A stretch of DNA of 24,000 nucleotides from Methylacidiphilum sp. Yel (GCF_004421185.1 NZ_LXQB01000010.1:1-24000); one strand, 5' to 3'; shown: positions 1-10,651, counted from the stretch's first letter. Notes: a model not told the origin generated them from the sequence alone. Numbers and translations are program-made.

Positions 1-2
1 AG

Positions 3-104
3 GCCGATGAGAGTGTCAGGGTCTATCAAAACCTCAACACCCTCATCGGAGAGCTTGCCCTGGCTAAATCTGGTCAGTTATCTCCAGGAATCCCCTGCCT
101 TTAG
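3..104 (+). CDS. 3' end of an unidentified CDS entering from the left edge (partial)
   Basis: Frame 3 is open from the window edge to TAG at 102-104 (...ADESVRVYQNLNTLIGELALAKSGQLSPGIPCL*) and is convergent with argH. 33 aa is too short to assign a family. Confidence 0.25.
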   Translation, partial: ADESVRVYQNLNTLIGELALAKSGQLSPGIPCL

Positions 105-113
105 GCATGGGGA
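91..113. terminator. GC-rich hairpin between convergent stop codons (possible bidirectional terminator)
   Basis: CCCCTGCC (92-99), loop TTTA, GGCATGGGG (104-112) gives 8 bp with one bulged T. It lies between the TAG at 102-104 and the argH stop at 124-126. No clear U-tract on either strand, so it is non-canonical. Confidence 0.3.
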
Positions 114-123
114 GGATGTCAAT

Positions 124-1518
124 TTAGAAAGCATTTATCGTTTTTAGCTGCTCTTTCCAATGTGCAATCCTTTGCCTGACAGAACTTGGGTTAGGGGCCC
201 CGATTGTTTTTTTTCTATCCAAAGATTTTTGTGGATCAAAAAACTCTTTCCAAACTTTAGGAAGATCCGGATGGATCCGAGATAAAACTGACTCTGGCGC
301 CTCTGATAATAAAATAGAATTTTTTTCGCAATAACCAATGAGTTCACCAATTTTATGATGAGCTTCCCTAAAGGGAATTTGCCTTTGCACAAGCCAATCA
401 GTAATGTCTGTGGCAAATAGGAGGGGATCTTTTGCTCGTTCCAAACAATTAGCCCTCTTAATTTTTAGTTCCGGTATCAGGGCTATAAGAATTTCAAGAC
501 TGCTTTCAATTGTATCAGCAGAATCAAATAAAGGTTCTTTATCCTCCTGTAGATCTCTGTTGTAAGTCAGGGGCAGCGATTTCAATAGGATGCATAATCT
601 ATTGAGATTAGCGATCAGCCGTGTTGATTTCCCACGGATTAGTTCAAAAGTGTCCGGATTTTTTTTATTAGGCATCAGACTAGAACCAGAGGAAAAGGAA
701 TCTGGTAATTCTAAAAAGCCAAATTCACTACTGGACCAAAGAACCATATCTTCAGCAAACCGCGAAAGATGGATTCCTAAGGATGCTCCTCCATAAAGAA
801 AATCTAGAACAAAGTCGCGATCACTGACCCCATCCATTGAATTTTCTGATATCTTACTAAAGCCCAACAACTTAGCTATATATTCTCTGTCCAAGGGCAG
901 GCTACTTCCTGCCAAGGCACCACTGCCTAAAATTAAAACATCCGCGCTTTTATAACAGGCTAAAAACTTTTCTTTATCTCTTTCGAGCATTTCGACATAC
1001 GCAAGAATCTGATGAGCAATTGAAACGGGTTGAGCCCGCTGAAGATGGGTGTAGCCAGGAATAACTAGGTCTGCATGCTTTTCAGCCCATTGGACCAGTA
1101 TGGCTTGGAGTCGACAGAGAAGAGTGAAAATTTTTTGGGCTTCTTCTTTGACCCACATACGCATGGTTGTAGCTATTTGGTCATTTCTGCTCCTTGCCGT
1201 ATGTAGTTTTAAACCAGCTTTTGTTTTTTGAGTAAGGGCGTATTCAATGTTCATATGAACATCTTCATGCTCCATCGACCATTGAAACTGTCCCTGCTCT
1301 ATCTGATGGGATATTTCCGATAGTGCACTTTGAATTTCTTCGCTTTCTTTTGAGTCAATAATTCCTATTTTTTCAAGCATTCGCGCATGAGCAATACTGC
1401 CTTGGATATCTTGATGGTATAATCGCCAATCAAAACTTATTGATTGGCTAAAACGAGTAAATAAAGAGGAGGGTTTTTCATGAAAGCGTCCTCCCCAAAG
1501 GGCTTTGTCAGTATTCAT
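124..1518 (-). CDS. argH: argininosuccinate lyase
   Basis: 464-aa ORF with ATG start. Fumarate-lyase family signature SSGSSLMPNKKNPD and GYTHLQRAQP; full-length ArgH-like organisation. Confidence 0.95.
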   Translation of the reverse strand: MNTDKALWGGRFHEKPSSLFTRFSQSISFDWRLYHQDIQGSIAHARMLEKIGIIDSKESEEIQSALSEISHQIEQGQFQWSMEHEDVHMNIEYALTQKTKAGLKLHTARSRNDQIATTMRMWVKEEAQKIFTLLCRLQAILVQWAEKHADLVIPGYTHLQRAQPVSIAHQILAYVEMLERDKEKFLACYKSADVLILGSGALAGSSLPLDREYIAKLLGFSKISENSMDGVSDRDFVLDFLYGGASLGIHLSRFAEDMVLWSSSEFGFLELPDSFSSGSSLMPNKKNPDTFELIRGKSTRLIANLNRLCILLKSLPLTYNRDLQEDKEPLFDSADTIESSLEILIALIPELKIKRANCLERAKDPLLFATDITDWLVQRQIPFREAHHKIGELIGYCEKNSILLSEAPESVLSRIHPDLPKVWKEFFDPQKSLDRKKTIGAPNPSSVRQRIAHWKEQLKTINAF

Positions 1519-1528
1519 AATTTAAATA

Positions 1529-2281
1529 CTATTGTGTTTTATTTGCTATAGAAGCAGTTTCAATGGCTGCATAAAGCAAATCTATTTCTTTCTTAGTTAA
1601 TCGACGGTATTGACCAACATTAAGACCTTTGGGAGTTAAAGGCCCTAAGGATATTCTTTGTAGTCTGGTGACCTTATAGCCAAGTATTGATAGCATGTGT
1701 CGGATTTGCCTCTTTATCCCTTGGGTTAAGACTATTTTTAACCTGTTTTTCTCTTTGATTTGAACCTCTTGCACTTTTGCGATTTTACCCTCCATATACA
1801 TCCCCCTCAGCAATTCTTTTTTACTGTTTTCGTCGAAAGGAGAAGCAAGACTAACTAGATAAGTTTTAGGAAAGTGAAATTTCGGATGCAGTATTTTATT
1901 GGCCAGAAGACCATCATTGGTCAAAAGAATAAGTCCTTCACTGTCCTTATCGAGTCTGCCCACATAGAAATATTTCTGAAAGGATGGAGGGAGGAGATGG
2001 TAAATGGTTCTTTCTCCAATGAGCCCTGTCTTACTGCATATGAATCCTCTAGGCTTGTAGAAGATAAAATACTCCTTTTTCAGGGGAGACAGAATTTGAC
2101 CATTGAACTCAACTTTATCCTGCGGATTTATTTTGAATGATAGCGATCTAATTGTTTTGTCATTTACCTTGACAAGACCAGAACGGATAAAGGCTTCACA
2201 ACTTCTTCTTGATCCTAGGCCACAAGATGCAAGATACCGGTTGATTCTTATGGGTTCTAAAACGGGAGGATTTTCCTTCAT
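1529..2281 (-). CDS. RsuA/RluB-family rRNA pseudouridine synthase
   Basis: 250 aa. N-terminal S4 RNA-binding segment (RINRYLASCGLGSRRSCEAFIRSGLVKVN) and catalytic Asp motif VGRLDKDSEGLILLTNDG. Its start overlaps the tilS stop by 4 nt. Confidence 0.85.
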   Translation of the reverse strand: MKENPPVLEPIRINRYLASCGLGSRRSCEAFIRSGLVKVNDKTIRSLSFKINPQDKVEFNGQILSPLKKEYFIFYKPRGFICSKTGLIGERTIYHLLPPSFQKYFYVGRLDKDSEGLILLTNDGLLANKILHPKFHFPKTYLVSLASPFDENSKKELLRGMYMEGKIAKVQEVQIKEKNRLKIVLTQGIKRQIRHMLSILGYKVTRLQRISLGPLTPKGLNVGQYRRLTKKEIDLLYAAIETASIANKTQ

Positions 2282-3213
2282 TGGTGCGTCAAAACAAATT
2301 CGTCGTTTTTAAAAATAACGGCTAAATTTCTACTTAAATTACATTTTTTCTTGTCCTTTTTCTCAATCATTTTCCTTATCGATTCAATGTCTTCAAAACT
2401 GATATCTGCTACTCCTCTTTTTTTAAGCCATAGTCCAATCGCTAACCTTTGTTTTCCAATCGGTGCTTTCTCTAGATCGGAAAAGCGAAGCGATGGACCA
2501 CTGGCTATTTCTTGAGTGAGCTGGATAAGCCACTTTTTCTCTTCTCTTAATATTTCACAAAATTTCCAAAGAGACTTTTTTACTGACTTAGAAAATCTGT
2601 TTTCTAAAAACGGTATTAATTCTTTGCGAATTTTGTTCCTTAAAAAGAGCGCATTGTCGTTGGTTTCATCTTCTCTCCAACAATATTGGTTTTTTTTGGC
2701 AAAAGCTATAATGTCTGCTTTCCAGAAATCTAGAAAAGGCCTATATATGGTTAATTTTCCAAAAGAACTTATTTTATCCATTCCCCATCCTTTAGAGCCC
2801 GTGCCGCGTAGTAGTTGCATCAAAAATGTTTCTACTTGATCATCTGCATGATGCGCTAATACTAGATTATAACAGTTCTTTTTTTGAGCTGTATCAATAA
2901 AAAATCTAAAACGCTCTTCTCTGGCTACCGCTTCTGTTTTCGGAAAACTCTTTTCAGATTTTTTTTTTATAAACTCTATGTTTAGTTCTTTCGATAATTC
3001 CTCAACGAGTTTTGAATCTAATGCTTCGTCTTTTCTCCAGCCATGTTCGAAGTGAAGTACAATGGGTTTTTTCCCAGCCTCAACCAAGCTGTGTAAGAGA
3101 ACTATAGAATCGACGCCACCAGAAATTCCACAAAGAACGACCTCTGGAATAGATTTCAAGGATTCCGCAAATGGATTGTTTTGCTTATGCTTCCTTGTTA
3201 GCAGCTTTTGCAT
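2278..3213 (-). CDS. tilS: tRNA(Ile)-lysidine synthase, short form lacking the long C-terminal domain
   Basis: 311 aa. PP-loop ATP pyrophosphatase motif GISGGVDSIVLL near the N-terminus, AHHADDQVETFLM, and a TilS-type substrate-binding middle region. Confidence 0.9.
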   Translation of the reverse strand: MQKLLTRKHKQNNPFAESLKSIPEVVLCGISGGVDSIVLLHSLVEAGKKPIVLHFEHGWRKDEALDSKLVEELSKELNIEFIKKKSEKSFPKTEAVAREERFRFFIDTAQKKNCYNLVLAHHADDQVETFLMQLLRGTGSKGWGMDKISSFGKLTIYRPFLDFWKADIIAFAKKNQYCWREDETNDNALFLRNKIRKELIPFLENRFSKSVKKSLWKFCEILREEKKWLIQLTQEIASGPSLRFSDLEKAPIGKQRLAIGLWLKKRGVADISFEDIESIRKMIEKKDKKKCNLSRNLAVIFKNDEFVLTHQ

Positions 3214-3225
3214 GGCTTAGCTTTT

Positions 3226-3531
3226 TTACTCCTTTTCTTTGCCAAGTTCTAAAAGTAGAGAAAAAGGATAAATGCCACTTTGATGTCCATCGCCCCAAAA
3301 ACATTGTAAAGCATAACTGCCAACCATCCGTATTTCTTTCAGTTCCATACTTTTGGGTCCAAAAGCAAGCTTTGGAGCTTTTGCCTTAGTCAAAAGGGTG
3401 CTTTCCCCTTGACATAAAGCGCAAGGACAGTTTTTTCTTAGTTTTTCAAAAGCAATTAAAGATTCTGAGAGGTCATTCCACTGGATGGCTAAATAATTTC
3501 CCACGATTTCAATGCGCTGAGGAATAATCAT
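3226..3531 (-). CDS. DUF971 (gamma-butyrobetaine hydroxylase N-terminal-like) small protein
   Basis: 101 aa. Pattern IEIVGNYLAIQWND...CPCALCQGE...GSYALQCFWGDGHQSGIYPFSLL is typical of stand-alone DUF971 proteins with a Cys cluster. Confidence 0.7.
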   Translation of the reverse strand: MIIPQRIEIVGNYLAIQWNDLSESLIAFEKLRKNCPCALCQGESTLLTKAKAPKLAFGPKSMELKEIRMVGSYALQCFWGDGHQSGIYPFSLLLELGKEKE

Positions 3532-3605
3532 CTATAGATAAAAAAGATGAAAGAAGAAAAGCTTCAAGCAACTGAAAGTTGGTTTTTATCCCATGCCAAC
3601 AATAC

Positions 3606-4043
3606 TTAGCTAGGTGTTATCGGTGGGGCTCCGGTGCCATGCCTTCGTCTTTTGACTTTAAGTTGAGCCATTGACTTCAGTAGCATGGCCTGCGTAGCTG
3701 CTAGTTCCTCTTCTCCAAGTAGCTTTTGTTTTATAGCAGCCTGGGCACGAGCTATAGCTTCTTCGACTTTTTTCTCCTCAATTTCTTCTTCCCTTAATGC
3801 CATATCGACCAGAATCGAGACATCTTTTGCCGTTATCTTTACAAAACCCTCGCCAATTGCCAAGTAAAATTTCTTACCACCATTTTTCGTATACGATAAT
3901 TCCCCAGGTACAATTTGGGTAATCAATGGCTCATGATTTGCGTATATACCCATTTCCCCATCGATACCAGGTAATGTAACTTGTTCGACTTCCTCTGATA
4001 ATGTCACCCCTTCAGGAGTAACTAGTTGCAAAGTAAAGCTCAT
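3606..4043 (-). CDS. atpC: F1 ATP synthase epsilon subunit
   Basis: 145 aa. N-terminal beta-sandwich-type sequence (LQLVTPEGVTLSEEVEQVTLPGIDGEMGIYANHEPLIT) followed by a helical C-terminus; positioned last in the atp operon. Confidence 0.9.
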   Translation of the reverse strand: MSFTLQLVTPEGVTLSEEVEQVTLPGIDGEMGIYANHEPLITQIVPGELSYTKNGGKKFYLAIGEGFVKITAKDVSILVDMALREEEIEEKKVEEAIARAQAAIKQKLLGEEELAATQAMLLKSMAQLKVKRRRHGTGAPPITPS

Positions 4044-4049
4044 GGGACA

Positions 4050-5465
<1,416 letters not shown>

Positions 5466-5477
5466 TTAATGATTCTA

Positions 5478-6359
5478 TTATCCAATCGCATAGTGTGCTG
5501 TTGAAATTTCTAAAATTTCTTTTGTAATCGATTCCTGTCTAGCTTTGTTATATTCTAAGGATAAATCTTGTAATAAGCTTTTAGCATTTTCTGTTGCACT
5601 TTTCATAGCAACCATTCTGGCGCTATGCTCCGAAGCCAAATTATCAAGTATAGATTGATAGATTTCCAAATGGATATAAAAGGGCAAAATATTATCCAGA
5701 AGTTCTTCTGGAGAGGGCTCAAAGTTAAAAGGGACAAAGTTTTCTGGAGCGGTCTCTTGGGTATTGTCTTTTTTCGTTAACTCTACTTGACTGATTGGGG
5801 CAATACGTCGGTAGATAGGATGTTGTACTAAAGGATTAACAAAATGGGAATAGGCAATCGAGATGGCATCGATTTCTTTATTTAGATATTTTTCTATCAG
5901 GAAATTGCCAATTCTCTTAGCTTCCCGAAAGGAAAGATTATCTTTAAGCTCAAAATCCGCTAAAAGAAGGTTTTCTCCTTGATTGCCCTTCAGCAAAGCC
6001 AGATAATTTCTTACCTTTTTGCCCATACTTACATAACGATGGTTTGGATTGTGGCGCTTCTGAATTTCACGCAACAAATTTGTATTCAATGGACCACATA
6101 ACCCTTTATCGGTTCCTATGACAAAAACAGCTTCTTTTTGTATAGGCCGTGCTTGAAGCAAAGGATGCCTTAGTTGACCAGCCTGAGGAATAAGGCTTTG
6201 AACAATTTCTTGAAAAAGGTTTTGATAAGGCCTTCCTTCTATGGCTCTTTGCTGCGCTTTCCGCATTTTGGATGCCGCCACCATTTGCATTGCCTTGGTG
6301 ATTTGTGCGGTATTTTTAATCGACCTGATTCGTCTACGTATTTCCCTAGTTGTAGCCAT
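5478..6359 (-). CDS. atpG: F1 ATP synthase gamma subunit
   Basis: 293 aa. N-terminal TREIRRRIRSIKNTAQITKAMQMVAASKMRKAQ and C-terminal ARQESITKEILEI are hallmark gamma coiled-coil ends. Confidence 0.93.
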   Translation of the reverse strand: MATTREIRRRIRSIKNTAQITKAMQMVAASKMRKAQQRAIEGRPYQNLFQEIVQSLIPQAGQLRHPLLQARPIQKEAVFVIGTDKGLCGPLNTNLLREIQKRHNPNHRYVSMGKKVRNYLALLKGNQGENLLLADFELKDNLSFREAKRIGNFLIEKYLNKEIDAISIAYSHFVNPLVQHPIYRRIAPISQVELTKKDNTQETAPENFVPFNFEPSPEELLDNILPFYIHLEIYQSILDNLASEHSARMVAMKSATENAKSLLQDLSLEYNKARQESITKEILEISTAHYAIG

Positions 6360-6378
6360 ATAAAACTAGTCAAGTTGC

Positions 6379-7932
6379 TTATTCCACTAGACTTTGAAAG
6401 AAATTGTCAAGGGCCCTCCGAAGGGATTGGATTATATCGTCGTCCAGAGCCTTTTTAGCCTTTATTGATTCCAAAATGTTTGGCTCTCTGCTCTCCAGAT
6501 AATCCACAAGGCTTGTCTGTGTCTGCTTGATTTTATCTAAGGGAATCTTATCAAAATATCCATTTTGAACTGCCCATAAAACAGCTACCTGCAATTCGAC
6601 CGCAACGGGTGAATATTGAGACTGTTTAAAGACTTCTACGATGCGACTTCCCCGATCTAACTTAGCTTTCGTTGCAGGATCTAAATCCGTTGCAAATTGA
6701 GCGAAAGCGGCAAGTTCCCTAAATTGAGCCAGTTCGAGTTTTATTTTCCCAGCAACCTGCTTGACCGCCTTTATTTGTGCCGAAGAGCCAACACGTGATA
6801 CGGATAGTCCGACATTAATAGCAGGCCGAATCCCTTGATAAAACAGATCAGTCTCCAAATAAATTTGTCCGTCTGTAATGGAAATGACATTTGTGGGGAT
6901 ATAGGCAGAGACGTCCCCAGCCTGCGTTTCAATAATTGGCAAAGCTGTTAGACTTCCCCCTCCGTTTGCTTCATTCAGTCTAGCGGATCTTTCTAGTAAC
7001 CTTGAATGTAGATAGAATATATCGCCCGGATAGGCTTCTCTTCCTGAGGGGCGTTTTAAAACTAGCGAAATTTGCCTATATGCGGCCGCATGCTTCGATA
7101 AATCATCATATACAATTAAGGCATCCATGCCATTTTCCATAAACCATTCCCCAATAGCTGTCCCTGCAAATGGCGCGAGGTATTGTAAGGTCACAGGATC
7201 TGAAGCGGCAGCAACGACAACAATAGAATAGGCAAGCGCACCATATTTTTCTAATGTATCAATAACTCTAGATATATTTGAATTTTTCTGCCCTATAGCA
7301 ACATAGATGCTATACAATGGCCTATAGTTTTTCTCCTTTTCATAGGCTTTGTTCAGACGTGCTTGATTAATAATAGTGTCAATGGCGATGGTCGTCTTTC
7401 CAGTAGACCGATCTCCAATGATAAGCTCTCTTTGGCCCCTACCAATGGGAATCATTGCATCGATAGCAATAATTCCCGTTTGTACTGGTTGATTGACACT
7501 CCTGCGCTTGATAATCCCAGGAGCTATTCTTTCCATAGGATAGGTTGTGTTTGCCAAGATTGGCCCTCTGCCATCTAGTGGTTGGCCAAGGGGATTGATC
7601 ACTCTTCCTAAAAGTTCTTTTCCGACTGGAACCCGAAGTAGCTGGCCAGTGGTTCGTACTTCATCTCCCTCGCGAATTGCTAGGTAGTTTCCAAGAACGA
7701 CACCACCAACTTCTGTTTCTTCTAAATTCAAACAAAGTGCTTTTATTGGCTGTCTAAATTCATCCAACCGTTGGGGAAATTCTATAACTTCATTCATCCC
7801 GGCATCACTAAGACCCTCAATTTTTACGACCCCATCGCCAATTTCCCTAACGATCCCAACATTTGTTTTCCCTATTTCAAATTTAAGTTCTGATATTTTT
7901 TCCTCTATTTCTTGGAGTAAGGGAATATCCAT
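6379..7932 (-). CDS. atpA: F1 ATP synthase alpha subunit
   Basis: 517 aa. Walker [49 protein letters not shown]. Confidence 0.97.
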   Translation of the reverse strand: MDIPLLQEIEEKISELKFEIGKTNVGIVREIGDGVVKIEGLSDAGMNEVIEFPQRLDEFRQPIKALCLNLEETEVGGVVLGNYLAIREGDEVRTTGQLLRVPVGKELLGRVINPLGQPLDGRGPILANTTYPMERIAPGIIKRRSVNQPVQTGIIAIDAMIPIGRGQRELIIGDRSTGKTTIAIDTIINQARLNKAYEKEKNYRPLYSIYVAIGQKNSNISRVIDTLEKYGALAYSIVVVAAASDPVTLQYLAPFAGTAIGEWFMENGMDALIVYDDLSKHAAAYRQISLVLKRPSGREAYPGDIFYLHSRLLERSARLNEANGGGSLTALPIIETQAGDVSAYIPTNVISITDGQIYLETDLFYQGIRPAINVGLSVSRVGSSAQIKAVKQVAGKIKLELAQFRELAAFAQFATDLDPATKAKLDRGSRIVEVFKQSQYSPVAVELQVAVLWAVQNGYFDKIPLDKIKQTQTSLVDYLESREPNILESIKAKKALDDDIIQSLRRALDNFFQSLVE

Positions 7933-7985
7933 ATGTAAATCTCCTTTTTAAAAATAGCTTCCAGATATTATTCCACAACACCAAA

Positions 7986-8381
7986 TTATTTATTCAATAG
8001 CGTCTCGATATTTTTCAATTTATATGCAATAGATCCATCCCATACATCACAGCCTACTTGAATTCTAATACCACCAATTAATTCTGGACAAATCTCGTAT
8101 TTTTTTTCTAAAGCAGGTCCAAAAGTTTTCTCTAACTTTTCAAAAATAGATTTCCCTTGATCTGGAAGTTCGGAGGAACTTTGAACCACATAGGTTTTTT
8201 TTGCTACTTCATTAGCAAGTAATTGTTTTAGCCATTCGAGAATCTCAAGATAGTGCCGAGGCTTTTCCTGCGCTAGTTTGTTTAGGATCTCTTTAAGTTT
8301 TTCCTCATCAATAGAACCATTGTTTTGACAAAACCTAAAAAGGGCTTTTGCTTGTCGTTTTGCTTCTCTACTGATTTTCAT
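7986..8381 (-). CDS. atpH: F1 ATP synthase delta (OSCP) subunit, unusually short
   Basis: 131 aa. The C-terminal LIGGIRIQVGCDVWDGSIAYKLKNI matches the conserved delta C-terminus, and the gene sits between atpF and atpA. The N-terminal domain appears abbreviated. Confidence 0.75.
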   Translation of the reverse strand: MKISREAKRQAKALFRFCQNNGSIDEEKLKEILNKLAQEKPRHYLEILEWLKQLLANEVAKKTYVVQSSSELPDQGKSIFEKLEKTFGPALEKKYEICPELIGGIRIQVGCDVWDGSIAYKLKNIETLLNK

Positions 8382-8415
8382 TTCATTTTTTCATAACAAA
8401 GCAACGCTTTAGCCA

Positions 8416-8946
8416 TTAATTGCGAGAAAAAATATTCTCTTCCCCTCTCTGAGGGATTTTGCTGAGAACCTCATTTTTTAATCGTTCTTGATCTTCCGCT
8501 GTAAGGGTTTTACCAATAACTTTTGAACTAATGTCGATGACGAGGTTTAAAATTTCCCTTCGAATCTCTTCCTTAGCCTTTTCCCTTTCTAGTCGAGCGG
8601 TCTCTTCGGCTTTTTTAAGGATTCTCTTTGCTTCTTCAATTGCCTCTAGAATTTTTTTCTCTCCCTGATACGCTGCAGCTTTTTGTGCTTCAGCAACAAT
8701 CATGGCTGCTTGCTCATTTGCTTTACGCAAGATTTCCTTTCTTGCTTCTTCTGCTGCGGCTAATTCTTGTTTGATTTTTTCTGCATTTTGCAGACTTTCA
8801 GCTATTTTTTCTCTCCTTTGTTCCAGTATTTTTAGTACGGGTCGAAAGGCAAACCGATTTAGTACCCACAGCACGATGACAAAATTAATAATCTGAGCAA
8901 TGAGCTTATTCCACTCAATCCCAAGCTGATGTAAAGTGTTTTCCAT
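8416..8946 (-). CDS. atpF: Fo ATP synthase b subunit
   Basis: 176 aa. One N-terminal TM helix (LIAQIINFVIVLWVLNRFAF) followed by a long charged A/E/K-rich helix; operon position fits. Confidence 0.85.
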   Translation of the reverse strand: MENTLHQLGIEWNKLIAQIINFVIVLWVLNRFAFRPVLKILEQRREKIAESLQNAEKIKQELAAAEEARKEILRKANEQAAMIVAEAQKAAAYQGEKKILEAIEEAKRILKKAEETARLEREKAKEEIRREILNLVIDISSKVIGKTLTAEDQERLKNEVLSKIPQRGEENIFSRN

Positions 8947-8958
8947 ACAATAGCCGGT

Positions 8959-9171
8959 TTACTTTCCAACCACGAAAAAGACCAATATGGCTAATCCTTC
9001 AGATAAGGCCATTCCAAGCAAAGCCGTAGTAAATACGAGACCAAAAGATCCCGGATTTCTACCTATGGCTCCTGCTGCTCCTAATGCAGCAAGACCTACT
9101 CCCACAGCACCACCTAAAGCAGCCAACCCTATGGCTACATTTCCAGTTACCATTTGAGCTAAGAACAACAT
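8959..9171 (-). CDS. atpE: Fo ATP synthase c subunit (proteolipid)
   Basis: 70 aa. Two-TM hairpin, Gly-rich helix 1 (GGAVGVGLAALGAAGA), polar loop GRNPG, carboxylate in helix 2 (ALSEGLAIL). SD AAGGGAG lies about 7 nt upstream of the ATG. Confidence 0.9.
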   Translation of the reverse strand: MLFLAQMVTGNVAIGLAALGGAVGVGLAALGAAGAIGRNPGSFGLVFTTALLGMALSEGLAILVFFVVGK

Positions 9172-9233
9172 TTTTAATCTCCCTTATGTTTAATTCATTA
9201 TGTTGAAGTTTTCTGTAATGATTTTTATATCCT

Positions 9234-9278
9234 ATGACAATCACATGAAAACAATTATCTGCTTCATGGGTTTGTCAT
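9234..9278 (-). other. two-tier imperfect hairpin in the 175-nt atpB-atpE spacer
   Basis: ATGACAA (9234-9240) pairs with TTGTCAT (9272-9278). Inner stem CATGAA (9244-9249) pairs with TTCATG (9263-9268), with a 13-nt loop and a 3x3 internal loop containing one C-G pair. Confidence 0.3.
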
Positions 9279-9346
9279 TGTAAAGTTTTTAAGAGGGCTT
9301 CAATCAATAATACCATACCCTACGAAGCTTATTATCCCTGCCTTCC

Positions 9347-10243
9347 CTATCCTTCCTTTGACTCTACTTCTCCAAAATGAGAGCAAAGAGTTCCTGTAAA
9401 AACAATAGAAAGCAAAGTAAAGATTAATGCCTGAATGATAGCTACCATGAATTCAAAAAAATAAAAAGGAACCGCTGGCAGCCCCCATAATATTCCAGTC
9501 ATCATATGCAGAACTGTCTCTCCCCCATAGATATTTCCATAGAGCCGCATGGCTAAGGCTACAGGACGTATGAGAATGGAGATAATTTCCATAAACCCAA
9601 CGGCAGTAAACAGAACGGCCAATGGAATTACAATCCAGCCCTTAAACCCACCCTTTACACCAAATATATGATGGAGCACTCCTTTAATCCCATGATGGTA
9701 ACGAAATGCCCAATAGGTGCTCATAACAAAGAATATTAAAGCCATAGCTGTCGTCATATTCGCGTCCGAGGTCGGAGGCCTGAATATGGGAACGGAGGTA
9801 TGTTTTATAGCAAATGGAAGCTGTCTAGAAGGGTCTTTTTCTCCAAAACCGATGCTGCCCACTCCAGGGATTAAATCAGTTATATTAGAAAACACTATGA
9901 AGATAAAATATGTCGCAACCAGTGGGAAGGCCCAATCGGCTACTTTTGGCTCAAGCAACCCTCTTGTGAGCTTTTCCAAACCCTCTACAGCAGCTTCTAT
10001 GGCGTTTTGAAGACCGCTTGGAATGAGGGATAATCTCAAAGTACCTAGACGAATAAGTAAAAATATCACCCCCATAACTATCCAAGTTTGGATCATAGAA
10101 CTAGTAACAGGCAAAAAACCTATCCAAAATAAGGTTTCTGCCGCAGGCTGCACGAGAGGCTCCACTTTGCCCTCAGACAGTGATTCAGTAGCCCAAAAAA
10201 TCATTGGTTGTTTTTTATATAAGTGCAATTTAAAGTCAAGCAA
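9347..10243 (-). CDS. atpB: Fo ATP synthase a subunit
   Basis: Polytopic membrane protein with the conserved stator Arg motif (LAMRLYGNIYGGE). The ORF-track start at 10243 is a TTG; the first ATG is at 10204 (MIFWATES...), so the start is uncertain. Confidence 0.9.
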   Translation of the reverse strand: MLDFKLHLYKKQPMIFWATESLSEGKVEPLVQPAAETLFWIGFLPVTSSMIQTWIVMGVIFLLIRLGTLRLSLIPSGLQNAIEAAVEGLEKLTRGLLEPKVADWAFPLVATYFIFIVFSNITDLIPGVGSIGFGEKDPSRQLPFAIKHTSVPIFRPPTSDANMTTAMALIFFVMSTYWAFRYHHGIKGVLHHIFGVKGGFKGWIVIPLAVLFTAVGFMEIISILIRPVALAMRLYGNIYGGETVLHMMTGILWGLPAVPFYFFEFMVAIIQALIFTLLSIVFTGTLCSHFGEVESKEG

Positions 10244-10272
10244 AAATTTTAATAATATCCGCTATGGTTCAT

Positions 10273-10647
10273 TTACATGCCACGATTAAGAATAGTAGCA
10301 ATTTTGCTTGCAGCATCCCTTGCTTCTAGATGAATGAGTCCAACATTCCCACCGGTTTTTGTAATCACACCAAGAACCGCTTTGCCGCCAGCGGAATAAA
10401 TAAACATTTGTCCTTCTGATCCCGATACCGTGTTTTCCTTGAATTCCCCACCTCCATACGTTTCACAAATTCGTTTTCCTAAACCTAAGGCTGTTGCTGC
10501 CATTGCAGAGAGTCGATTAGGATCGCCTGAGCTTAGAGAATGAGCTACAGGAAGTCCATCAGTGGTTGCAATTAATGCTGCGGTAATTTCTGGGACAGCA
10601 CTCCGCAGTCCCCCTAATACGATATTTAACTCCTCTGATATCGACAT
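10273..10647 (-). CDS. Roadblock/LC7 (MglB-like) domain protein
   Basis: 124 aa, soluble. LGGLRSAVPEITAALIATTDGLPVAHS...RLSAMAATALGLGKR...GQMFIYSAGGKAVLGVITKTGGNVGLIHLEARDAASKI follows the Roadblock/LC7 alpha-beta-alpha pattern. SD GGAG lies 9 nt upstream of the ATG. Confidence 0.8.
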   Translation of the reverse strand: MSISEELNIVLGGLRSAVPEITAALIATTDGLPVAHSLSSGDPNRLSAMAATALGLGKRICETYGGGEFKENTVSGSEGQMFIYSAGGKAVLGVITKTGGNVGLIHLEARDAASKIATILNRGM

Positions 10648-10651
10648 TGTT

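Noticed and set aside
2959-2968. A10 homopolymer inside tilS (IKKKSEK) as a possible frameshift or phase-variation site
   Set aside because: The reading frame is intact across the tract and the full-length TilS motifs continue. It is used only as an internal comparator for the comEC T9 break.
3606-3653. Basic/proline C-terminal tail on the epsilon subunit (KVKRRRHGTGAPPITPS)
   Set aside because: It is a short terminal extension of a poorly conserved region. There is no basis to assign a function, and it may simply reflect where the stop codon falls.
9059-9244. 61-aa ORF bridging atpE and the atpB-atpE spacer (possible small atp accessory protein)
   Set aside because: It overlaps atpE out of frame on the same strand, is Cys/Arg-rich with no TM helix or SD, and is most likely a frame artefact.
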